A stretch of DNA of 64,000 bases, from NCBI RefSeq assembly GCF_009914755.1, contig NC_060928.1; one strand, 5' to 3'. Made by a program: the position numbers and the translations under genes. Positions 49,844-64,000 of the stretch are shown piece by piece (position 1 is the first letter of the stretch; every line of letters begins with the position of its first letter). A model generated the notes under the pieces. It was not told the DNA's origin. It saw only the letters and a program-made list of their open reading frames with translations, and searched no databases. The DNA comes from the human T2T-CHM13v2.0 reference genome, Homo sapiens.

Positions 49844-51059
49844 ACACTAATGGTTTCGCAGTGGGGTTTCATGGTGCTTGTGTGTCCAGCACTTCTTTTG
49901 ATCAAGGAAGGGAGGGCAATGTTGCTGACGTTACCAAAGGTCTAGCCTCTTGCTAGATCCCTCCAAGATGTAGGTGGTTGGTTTTTAATACTCAGTGACA
50001 TTGGTGGATCTCTGTTGGTTTAGAGATGGAGACCCTGCAGCTGAGAGAAGTCTATACAAGGACATTGTGGTGATATTAGTAGGGAGTCCTAACCACTGAC
50101 CACTTTGTCTCACGCAGTGCACCTCCAGGCCTGTCATTTCAGCTAACACACAAGAAGGTTTGAAGATCAGAACCGTGGTGGTTTGTCACTTCTGGTACTG
50201 GCTGGTGAATGTGGGAAACACTAGATAGGAAAAGTTTCCAGAAATCCTTTCATTGTGTATTGAAGGAACTAGGAAGGGAGATGGAAGGTCTCCGGAAAGG
50301 ATTCTTCTTCAGGTCTTCTGCTGTTTTGTAATCGTGAATGTAATTTGTATTCCAGAGTGATTGCATAGCTTCTGATTAAAATAGTCATGCAGATAGTCAT
50401 ACAGGTAAAGAAATATTATAGTGTCATAATTTCTCTGTTGACACTTGTGTCACTACTGAGTTAAAACTTTTTTTCATAGAAGTTTTCAGGAGTGATTCCT
50501 AGTGGATAATGGAGGTGTTTTGCTGGGAAACTAGGGATCCTTGATTTAGAAGCATTTATTGGTATAGAACTAAACAGAACATGCTGAGCTCACAGCTCAA
50601 GAGCTGCACTCTTCAGTTTCCAGGAGGGGCCAGTGCAGATGTCAGAGAAGGGACCGAGGGCTGCAGGACCGGGGTTGTGGAAGGTGGGGGGTGGATGTTC
50701 TGCTTCTCTAGTCTGAGAGCAAGTCCTCCTGCAGGGTGGTAGCAGCTGGCATGCTCTGGACTGGATCTTCACCTGGTAATAGTTAAACTGCTTTCCTGCC
50801 ATGTGAGTCCTCCACAGACTCACAGGGGATTCCTTTCTCTTCAGAGGGCTTGGTAGCCCTAGGTGGGTTTCAGCAGTAACACTTGGGATGTCTGCTTCCT
50901 CACAGCGTCAGGGCGGCTGGTGGGGCTCCTGGGTGCCTGGCAGGTACTTATTTTTCTATTTTCCTGGTGAAGTGGGAAGAGAATGGAACAGACGTGAATT
51001 GCTGCAGCCAACACGCACTGACCTTGGGCACCTCTGTCGTCATGAGCTTCTATTTCCAC

Positions 51060-51252
51060 CAAAGGGGTGGACCGGCCTGCGAACGTTTGGGCTGGAGGAG
51101 CCTTTGTCGGTGGTGGGGGCTGTGCAGTCTAGGATGTCTAGCAGCATCCCTGGTGTCTGCCTGCCAGATGCCAAGAGCATGCCCCCAAAATGTCTTCAGA
51201 CATTGCTAGATGTGCCCTGGGGGCATGCACACACCCCTGAGAATTGCTGGGC
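51060..51252. mobile_element. MER20 (hAT-Charlie) fossil; a second fragment at ~63765-63850
   Basis: aggatgtctagcagcatccctgg..cagatgcca..aaaatgtcttcagacattgc. Confidence 0.7.
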
Positions 51253-51421
51253 TGGATCCTGCTTTAAGGGACTTGTTTCTTCCTCTTACCAAACGGAGGT
51301 GTGGCTCATGAGGACTCAGCCTTGCGTCCTGGCTGTGGCTGTGTCTTTTTGCTGTCAAATGCTGTGAACGCCGTCCGGTGTAGGGTGGTGGGTAATGCCT
51401 TGTGGGGGAGGGGAAAGATGA

Positions 51422-51960
<539 letters not shown>

Positions 51961-54174
51961 ATTTGTTTTTTCTTCAAGTTACCCTGCTGCACAGAGAGAA
52001 CTTCATTAACATTTTGGTGTATTTACTCCTACTATTTCCCTTCAGATAGCCGAAGAAAAATAATAGTTTAGAGAATTTCACATGGGTGTCTGCACAGCCC
52101 AGGGCGGGAAGTGGTGTTCATCACCTGGAGACCCTGGTCTGGACCTGGCTCCTCTCTGTGAACCCCACCTGGGCCCACCTCTCCTCTCCTGGAGCCCCAG
52201 CAAGGGTTCCCAGCTCCAGTGAGTCCTCTCACACCCAAGGTGGTGATGCTGTCCTCTCCCCAGAGGACAGGCTGAGAAACACCGGGCTTGTGGTTGCATT
52301 CTCAGGTGTCTGAATTCTCTACAGGAAGATTTGCATGTTCTGCCTTTGGTTTGATGACAGTCTGGTTGCCCAGGCATGGCCCTGATGCCTCACAGCCTGG
52401 GTCTGTGCCTGTGGTAGGGAGTTCGGGTGCCAGCTGTGTGCTGAAGTTGTAACTGCTCCTGCGCCTTTTGTAGTTTTCTTCACTCCATCTTGGCTGGATT
52501 TGGGAGGATCATGTGTTCTCGAGTGTGAGAAACACAGGCAACCACGAAGCGTTTGACTTACTGACACACACATTGGGTTGGACCCTGGTGATGCCGTGTC
52601 TGAGGAGTCTTAGGCCGGGTCTCCACCTCTTCTGTGGCCGGCTTTTTCGATGTACTTTATCTGCAGTAACGTCACAGCCCTCCAGAATCCGCCCGGTCTC
52701 TAGAGCACAGTGGAAATTCCTTCTGCCCAGAAGAGCCATGGTCTGCCCTTTGTGGCTCCCAGCTCCACTCCCCTCGCCTCTCCCACCGTTTGCTGGTGGT
52801 TTGGCCCTGGGCTGGCTTCCGCGGCCTCCGCGCTGGCACAGGTCTTCCCTCCCAGGCCTGGGCCTTTCCAGCTGGTTGGGCAAGGCTGAGATAAGGATGT
52901 AGACTTGAATTCACTGCTAGCTGGGGGGTTGGTTTTGTTTTTGTTTTTTTAAGTATTATTTTTTTAACACATTTCAAGTCAAGAAAGTGCTTTTTAATGC
53001 CTGATTCACCGTAATGGCTGGGCTAGGTTGGAGGCAGTACTGACGTGAGGCCTGGAGCGGCCCTGGGACCTAAGCAAGGCACCGCCGCCGGGCTGCAGAG
53101 CAGGGCTGCAGGTGCACTTAGCTTCTCCCATACCCCCCTCCGCAGCAGTGGTCTGAGAGCCTCCATCGGCCAGGTACGGTCAGGCCCTGCACAGTCAGGC
53201 CCTGGGCTAGCATGATGGGGAGACAAGTGAGGCCCCTGTCTACGCTCCGGTGGGAGGGAGGCATCAGCACAAGCACACACAGACATCTCAGATCCTTTAA
53301 AGACGCTGATGAGGTTGAGGTGATGTTGGACAGTGGCAGGGGACGGGGGTGGGGCCGGGGGCAGGGGCAGGGGCAGGGGCGGGGGTGGGGATGAGCTTCC
53401 TCCAGTGAATGCGATATTGTGAGCTGGTTGGCGGAGCTAAGTTTTGGGGTGAGGCTCTGTGGACCGTGTTGAAGTCCTGGCCGGCTCTCACCCCAGTAGG
53501 CACACAGGCACACAGCACCATTGGGGTGATGTGGCTGGGGGTGTCCCAGAGCTGTGCAGGGAGGGTCTCACAGTGAGACTGGGTGCTGGGCAGTGACTCG
53601 GTCTGTGGGTACAGGGGTCAGCAGAATGGGAAGCAAGCCCAAGGAGACACATTGGCACCAGAATGAAGACAAGGCCGGCCGGTGCCTGTAGCATGTGACT
53701 GCCCCGTCTGCAGAGAGGCTGTGCTGCGAGCCCCACCCTCTGGGGGCTTCAGGCCGAGTGGGGATGTCTGGGTGCTGACCCAGGCATCGCAAAGCACACT
53801 TCCTGCCGGGGTAACTGCTGATGATTTTTAGGTCTGTTATTTCAGAATCGTTATAGCTAGGGGCCATTATTTTGAAAACCTGAACAAAAAGAATTATTCA
53901 CTGTGTTAATACCACATTTAGTGACTGTTGAGCTGAATGTGGCTGAGCAGAAGAAAGCACCTGCTGTGCTGATGGCTGACTGTGGACCCGGACCGGGACC
54001 CTGAGTGCTGCCCCACTCGAGGGAGGGGCCCAGAGCAGCCTCCTTCCTCTCCTCCCAGGCGAGCCTTTCATACCTGTCCTTCTCTCAGACTTTCCCTCCT
54101 ACTTCATGCTCGCCCATGCCTGTCACGCAGACCCTGCCTGACCTGCACCTGCTCCCACACCCGTGGTGGATGAG

Positions 54175-55068
54175 CCCCATCACCCGTACCTGTACCCCCC
54201 TCACCCGCTCCTGTACCCCCTCACCCGCTCCTATACCCCCTCACCCACACCTGTACCCCCCTCACCCGCTCCTGTACCCCCTCACCCGCGCCTGTGCCCC
54301 CTCACCCGTGCCTCTGCCCCCCTCACCCGCGCCTGTGCCCCCCTCCCCAGCGCCTGTGCCCCCTCACCCACGCCTGTGCCCTCCTCACCCATGCCGGTGC
54401 CCACCACACCTGCGCCTTTGCCCCTTCACCTGTGTCTGCACCGCCCTCACCTGTGCTGCCTTCACCTGCACCCCCTCACCCACACCTGTGCCACCCTCGC
54501 CCGCACCTGTGCCCCCCTCACCCACGTCTGCACTGCCCTCACCTGTGCTGCCCTCACCTGTGCCCCCCACCTGTGCCTGTGCCCCCCTCACCTGCTCCTC
54601 CCTCACCTGCTCCTCCCTCACCTGCTCCTGCACCACCTTCACGTGCGCCCCCCACCTACATCTGCACCTCACCTATGCTACCCTCACCTGTGCCCCCCCA
54701 CCCGCACCTGTGCCCCCCTCACCCACGTCTGCACTGCCCTCACCTGTGCTGCCCTCACCTGTGCCCCCCACCTGTGCCTGTGCCCCCCTCACCTGCTCCT
54801 CCCTCACCTGCTCCTCCCTCACCTGCTCCTGCACCACCTTCACGTGCGCCCCCCACCTACATCTGCACCTCACCTATGCTACCCTCACCTGTGCCCCCCC
54901 ACCCGCACCTGTGCCCCCCTCACCTGTGCCTGTGCAGCCGTCACCCATGCCATTCCTCACCTGTACCCCTCACCCATGCCTGTGCCGTTCCTCACCCGTG
55001 CCTGTGCCCCCCTCACCCGTGCCTGTGCCTCCCTCACTTGCGCTGTGCCCCCCTCACCTGTGCTGTGC
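54175..55068. repeat. C-rich ~20-bp degenerate minisatellite with a 201-bp higher-order duplication
   Basis: Units like cctgtgcccccctcacccgc; identical translated blocks offset by 201 nt (ORFs ending at 54672 and 54873). Confidence 0.92.
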
Positions 55069-56865
55069 CCTTTGCCTTGTGGCTGCTCCTGCACTTGGTT
55101 CTCTCTCTGTTGGTCGGTTTTCCCATTGGCTGTGCAGCTCCCTGGTGTGCACGTGGCTCTGAGTCTTCCTCTCGTGAAAACCCCTTCCTTGCCCCCGTCC
55201 TCCTCCAGCTACTACTCCCTGTCTCTGCCCCTTCATGTCTCTCTTCCTGTTTTACCTAAATCAGATTTTTGCCCCCCAACACTCCACCCAGATGTTCCTC
55301 TTGAGGACAGGATGATGCTCCTGAAAGCGGTCAGTCCACAGCGGACCCCACTGCCTCGAGACGCTCCCATCACTCGGCTCCCGTGACACCATCCTCTGGG
55401 CTCTCCCCACCCCTCGCTGCATGTCCTCACTTGCCTATGCTGTCTTCTCTAGTCTTGGAGGCCTTTTGTTTTATGTCACCAGCCAGCCCTCCAGAGGTTG
55501 TGTGGCTTCACAGACGGTCTCCAAGCTCCTGTCCCCACACTGCTGCCCTCCCCAGGCCTCTCTCCCTGAGGCCATCCCGTGTAGTCACCTCCCGGAGCTC
55601 TCTTCGCATGTCTGGAAGGCAGTTCAAAGATACGATACCAGGCGCAAAACCAAATGCCGCATCTCGGCCTTGGGGCCCCAGACGAGCCCCAGACCTGCCT
55701 TACTAAGCCACCCTTCCCAAGTCAGTTGACAGCGATGTCCCCCGGCACTTGTTCAGTGACAGCCGAGAACTCGGAGGTTTTCTCGATTTCTGTTTCTCAC
55801 GTTTATCCTTGAGTCCACGATGGCTGCTGGGGCTGCGGCCTTCGCGGCCAGGAGGAGGGTAAGGGGGAATCAGTGCCGCCCTGCGTGGCCAGCTCCCTGC
55901 GTGGGGGCCTTAGTGGACATCCTCCCAAGCGTTTACACTTCAGCTCATTCCCCAGAGCACGGGGCTGGCCATTTCTAGCTTTGGAGGAGCCTGAAAAAGT
56001 ACGTGCGTATGTGTGTGTGTATACATACATATAGAGAGAGAGCACGCGCTTGAGTGTGGGCTCATTGCTGCCCTAAATAAAATTAGGATGTGGTTCCTTT
56101 TGCCCTTTGTCCCTTGCCTGCCTGGTTTCCTTTGCAGCACTCGTCACAGTCTGACGCGGTCGCCTGCATCTCTCTGTGCTTTGGTTGGGCGTCTCCTTTA
56201 GAGCGTCTGCTCTGCGAGGGCACGGGCCGTCCTTTGTCGTCGTTCACGTCACACCCACGAGTGCCTGGCACAGGAGTCAGTCAATGGCTGTTGGCCGAAC
56301 CAATTTCTCCCCCGTCTGTCTGGGAAATTCCTAAACTTCGCATCTCACTTTTGTCCACTTGCCGCATTCTAGAGTATGTCTTGGTCTCATGGCCTGTGCT
56401 CTCATCTGGCTGTGGTCAGCCTCTTGCGTTTCCTTTCTCCCTTGCCTCCACCCCTCGCGATGTAGCCCCATCCCCTGCCCTTCTCTGCTTCCCATTGTTC
56501 TAGAACATTCCAGCATGGAAACCCCGCTGTGCAAGGCCCCTGCACTGGCCACAGAAGCCGCACCTATCTGCTGAGGAACCCGGTTGCTGCCTGGAGTGGG
56601 TGTCGAGTACTGCCTGGCAGCATAGCCATGCTTCTTGAGGCATTTTAGCACCCTGTACCCCAGGTACTGTTCCATATGCCCCTCCTTCTCCATGAGCCCC
56701 CCATGCCTGCCCCGTCCTTGTGCTCTGCCCGCGGCTTGGCCCTGTCTGTCGCCTGCCTGCTTGTGCTCACTGTTTCCTTTCTTTTACTGGAGATATGTCA
56801 TTTGTGCCCCGCCCAAGGCCAGCCTTTGTTCATGCACCAGACCCCCTGCCCCATCCCTGTGACCT

Positions 56866-56994
56866 GAAGAGGCATGTGCCGTCTTCTGGTTATCCACGAA
56901 GAGGCACACGCGCCGTCTTCTGGTTATCCACGAAGAGGCACACGCGCCGTCTTCTGGTTATCCACGAAGAGGCACACGCGCCGTCTTCTGGTTA
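56866..56994. repeat. 34-bp tandem repeat, ~3.8 copies
   Basis: gaagaggcacacgcgccgtcttctggttatccac starting at 56898, 56932, 56966, plus a variant at 56866. Confidence 0.92.
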
Positions 56995-57419
56995 ACTGTG
57001 TGCGGGACCCACAGGTCCCCTCTGTCTGAGCCAGCCCTGCCTTGGGGTCTCTGGAATTGCTTCTCATCTGGTTTTACCCCCATCACAGTGCTATAGTCAG
57101 GGCACCAGGTAACCCCAAGACACTGCTGAGACCCATGATGGATTCTTGCTGCCCATCTCGACCTCTCACAGGGCTGGAACACAGCTCACCCCCTCGGGCT
57201 CCTAGAGCGCCATCCTCGCGTTTCCCCCCGGGCTCAGTCCTTGGCCCTGGGTGTTGCTGTGAGCACCGCTGCCTTGGTGCTCTCACAGGGTCTAGTGGAC
57301 TGATAGGACCCTCTGTGTATACTGATGACTCCCAGGCAGGTATCTTCCCAACCCCAGAGCCCTGTATCCAGTAGCCTGTAAAACATACCCACTTGGCAAG
57401 GCACTTTGGCATTAAAATT

Positions 57420-57726
<307 letters not shown>

Positions 57727-59949
57727 CCTTGGCATATTTAGATCTGAGCTTATCATCTTAACACCTGCTGCCCAAACCAATTCTACCAGTCTCCCTTCTC
57801 TTCGGGAAGGGCAGCCCCTCCATCTCCCTTGGTCAGGCCAGAACCTTCAGGTTGGCCTTGATGCCTCTGTTGTCACAGCTCATGCCCAGCCCGTCTGCCC
57901 CTCCACCCTGGCGTCAGGACATGCCCAGGCCCAGCTGCTGCTGCTCTTCCCACCTCTGCCCCTGCGGCTCAAGTCGCATCTCTCTCTGGAATATTGAATA
58001 GCCTTCTGGCTGCTCCTGCTCTGCTCATGCCCACCCCGGCTGCCCCAGCGCCAGATCCTGTCGTCTTTTTGTTCTAGGAGTTTCCTGACCTGGGGATGAA
58101 GGCCAGGGTCGTTACAGTGGCTCCCAGGCCCTTTGCCCTGTAGGGTGCTGGGCCCAGTGGCCTTTCTGCCGCCATTCAGCCAGGCCAGCATGCCGAGCCC
58201 AGGGTTTTACTGCCACCTTCCTCTGTCTGGAGCGCTCCTTCCACAGATGTCCATGGTCCCATGTCCTCACCTTCAATCTTTGCCAACGTCCGTGGTCCCA
58301 TGTCCTCACCTCCTTCAATCTTCGCTGAGCTGTCAGCTTGTGAAGCTTCTCTGACTCCACTGTTGAAACTGCAGCCCCAGCATCTCCCACTTCTGCCCTT
58401 TTCCCTCGTGAGTCGTGACCGCTGTCTCACATAACGGTATTTTGCTTGTTTCTGACCACTGGGATTATAAGCTCTTTTGAAGGATAGAGAAGAAATAAAT
58501 TCTCCAATTAACAAATGAACAAAATAATATTAAATATTATTTTGGCAATTCTGTCTAAAGCAGTAAGAATTGAAATAGAAGTAAATGTAACCATTGAGAA
58601 AGTCAGCACAATAACGGGGCATACAGTAAGTGCACGAAACCCAGTCGCCACCCTCTATATCACCGCCAGCCAGTTAGAACACATCCCATTCACCATAACC
58701 CAAAGCAGCAGAGACAGACGATCCAACAGCATCCTTAGCAGGCAGCCTGACTGCCACGGAGCTGTTTCAGGAAAGGCCCGAAGGAAGATTGGCACTAGCA
58801 GAGGATGCCGTGTTTCTGCATGAAAACCGTAATGATATCATATTGTTCTTTTTGTGTTTGATAAATATTTCTTATTTATAATGAAAGGGACACCAAGAAG
58901 GGCTGGGCCTTGCCAGACACCACAGCCAGGTATGTAACTGCCAAAGTTGTGACCTTGTGGCAGAACAGCTGGCTCCCTTTGAAATACTTTATGGAAAGGT
59001 GAGAGAGGAAGCTCTGCTGATGTTGTGATTATGAACTGACACTCCTGCCCGCTTGCAGTCTCTGTTGTTTGGTCAGGGAGTGACCTGGGGATGAGGGCAC
59101 TGGACCGCGTGGGGCACGGCCCCGGCTCTTCCGTGCTGCCGGCTTCCGAGGCTGGGGCTGCGTGGCGTGCGTGTGTGCCGCTGCCGCAGGTCGCATACCC
59201 TTTCCAAGACGGACCAGTGGCTTTAAAAGGTTCCTGCAAGGAAGTGGCTGGCTAAGGCTGGGCCTAACTGGGCGTGCACACAACAGGGAGCGCAGAGCTC
59301 AGGGCCGACAGCACTCTTGCCACTGCGAGCTTTGTAGGGCGCAACATCAATCTGGTTACATCCCCTCAGAAGTTGACTGGAAGTGTCATTTTTTCAAGAA
59401 GCCTCTTAGGGGATTCGAAGCGTTTTTCCTTGGTGAGCCTCCCTCAGGGTATGTGCTGTGCTTGGGGAGATTAGCTCAGGATGGCAGGAAGCCACCGTGA
59501 TTACATGCCCCGCACCAGAACATGAGACTGGCCCCTCCAGGACGGAGAGGGATGTAAACTGCCACCCAGGGCTTAATCCAGCACTTCTGGCCCTGTGATG
59601 AGCTTCGTGATCAATATTTAGAAACCTCTTCTGGTTAATTGCAAAAGACAAAGAGCCTCATGCATTGGGGAAATTCTTCCTTCCCGTGCTGGTGAAAACA
59701 TGATGATGACACACTGAAATGCGTTGCGTTTTGTCAGCAAATTCTGTCAGAAGCACGGCAAACGCTGGAGAAGGTTTGAGGAAGCGCATCCTGAAGCTGA
59801 TGGCACCGTGTGGGGGCAGCGGGCGGGCAGGTGCAGACGTTTCACGCATGTCTCCACTCACACTGCTTGCCACATTCTGTTTCAGTGACGAAATCAGGGA
59901 GGATTACTGCTGTGAGTCACCAAAGGGGAAGATGTACTGGAGGAGATGT

Positions 59950-62350
<2,401 letters not shown>

Positions 62351-62429
62351 TGGTAAAATTAAAAATGACATTGGGATTTTTTGTATGATTCAGCTTAATA
62401 GACAACTGAAGAGCATGCTTGCACAGTGC

Positions 62430-62525
62430 CGGCAGGGCAGGGGGGTCCGGCAGGGCAGGGTGGGGGTCGGGCAGGGCAGGGGGGTCCGGCAGGGCAGGGT
62501 GGGGGTCGGGCAGGGCAGGGGGCGT
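62430..62525. repeat. G-rich tandem repeat (ggcagggcagggggg/tggggg)
   Basis: Five ggcagggcaggg blocks. Confidence 0.85.
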
Positions 62526-62699
62526 CCGTGGTGTGTAGCTCTGCACACAGGAGTCGGGAGTTTTTAGTCCAGGTCCATAGAAGTAGAATACCTGGGTTGA
62601 AGGGTGAGGCCCAGGTTCTGTAGCTCCCGTCAAACCCCACGCACCCTCCTCCCCCTGTCAGTCGTGTGGCTCCAGTTTCCTTCACCTCACCAGTGTGTT

Positions 62700-63440
<741 letters not shown>

Positions 63441-64000
63441 ATTGAATTTGAAACTATACAAATGTGTCTCACGCTATACTCTACTGAATGGTACTGCTTT
63501 GTGGCTTTATCCTTTTTTTATCTGCTTCGGTTTCTCAGAGATGTTTTAAAAACAAAAAAGTTGTACTGATGTTTCTGTCTTTCCATAGCCATCCAGATTT
63601 ATGATGATTATTAATACCGTGGACTTCTCTTCACCATCTTATTTTGCTTTCTATTTCCCATGCTTTTGTCTTCATTTTTTCATTTTTTTTTTGGTGGATC
63701 GTTAAGGTTTTCTTTGTTCCAGTTAATTTCCTCTTGCGGTTTGCCCAGTTCACAGCCATGCTCCACTTGTGGCAAATCAAAAAGGTCTCCACACATTGCC
63801 AGGTGTCCCCTGGGGAGCAAGTGGTCCCTGTGGAAAGCCGCTGCACTAGGTGAGCCCGGCCCTGGTGAGGGTGCCTTGTGAGTGGAGCCTGCTTGTGCTG
63901 CTGTGCCCCGCTGCTTCCAGGCGGCGCGGCCCTCCGTCTGATTGCTGGAGGACTCTTCGGTGTGGACACACCGTGGTTTGTTTACCCATCCTGGTCAATG

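Noticed and set aside
54005-55386. 321-407-aa Pro/Cys/His-rich ORFs
   Set aside because: Translation of the C-rich minisatellite in all three frames.
56866-56994. CRISPR-like palindromic 34-bp repeats (also considered for the 49-bp and 51-bp arrays)
   Set aside because: Units are head-to-tail with no unique spacers, there are no cas genes, and the context is a human intron.
59695-59800. C/D-box-like ATGATGA ... CTGA in the MAEA intron
   Set aside because: No terminal stem or recognisable rRNA/snRNA guide; motifs are short enough to occur by chance.

Overview
Human (primate) genomic DNA, recognisable as the CTBP1 / CTBP1-DT / MAEA locus (subtelomeric 4p16.3 by established knowledge). On the minus strand lie the 5' end of CTBP1: exon 1 coding MGSSHLLNKGLPL-G (7825-7864, CtBP1-L) and the 195-nt cassette exon 234-428 carrying the CtBP1-S start (M-S-G). 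A CpG-island bidirectional promoter (~6.5-9.2 kb) also drives the divergent transcript CTBP1-DT, which contains a 186-aa ORF (9501-10061) matching the reported microprotein DDUP. From ~11 to 47 kb the sequence is almost all Alu, L1, LTR and MER fossils plus several minisatellites. A second CpG island holds MAEA exon 1 (48462-48530, [23 protein letters not shown]), and the rest of the window is MAEA intron 1. No prokaryotic, CRISPR or RNA-gene systems were found, and most listed ORFs are GC-rich or repeat artefacts. The most interesting unexplained structure is: (1) a chain of ATGA stop/start-coupled ORFs downstream of DDUP; (2) a uORF switch built into the CTBP1 cassette exon; (3) a poly-Ala upstream ORF on a (GCCGCA)n repeat in CTBP1-DT; (4) a ~257-bp locally templated insertion inside an Alu; (5) minisatellites born out of L1 fossils; (6) a perfect 21x26-bp VNTR that is open in all six frames. 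Repeat subfamily names and boundaries were assigned by eye and need RepeatMasker/Dfam confirmation. Transcript ends cannot be fixed from sequence alone.
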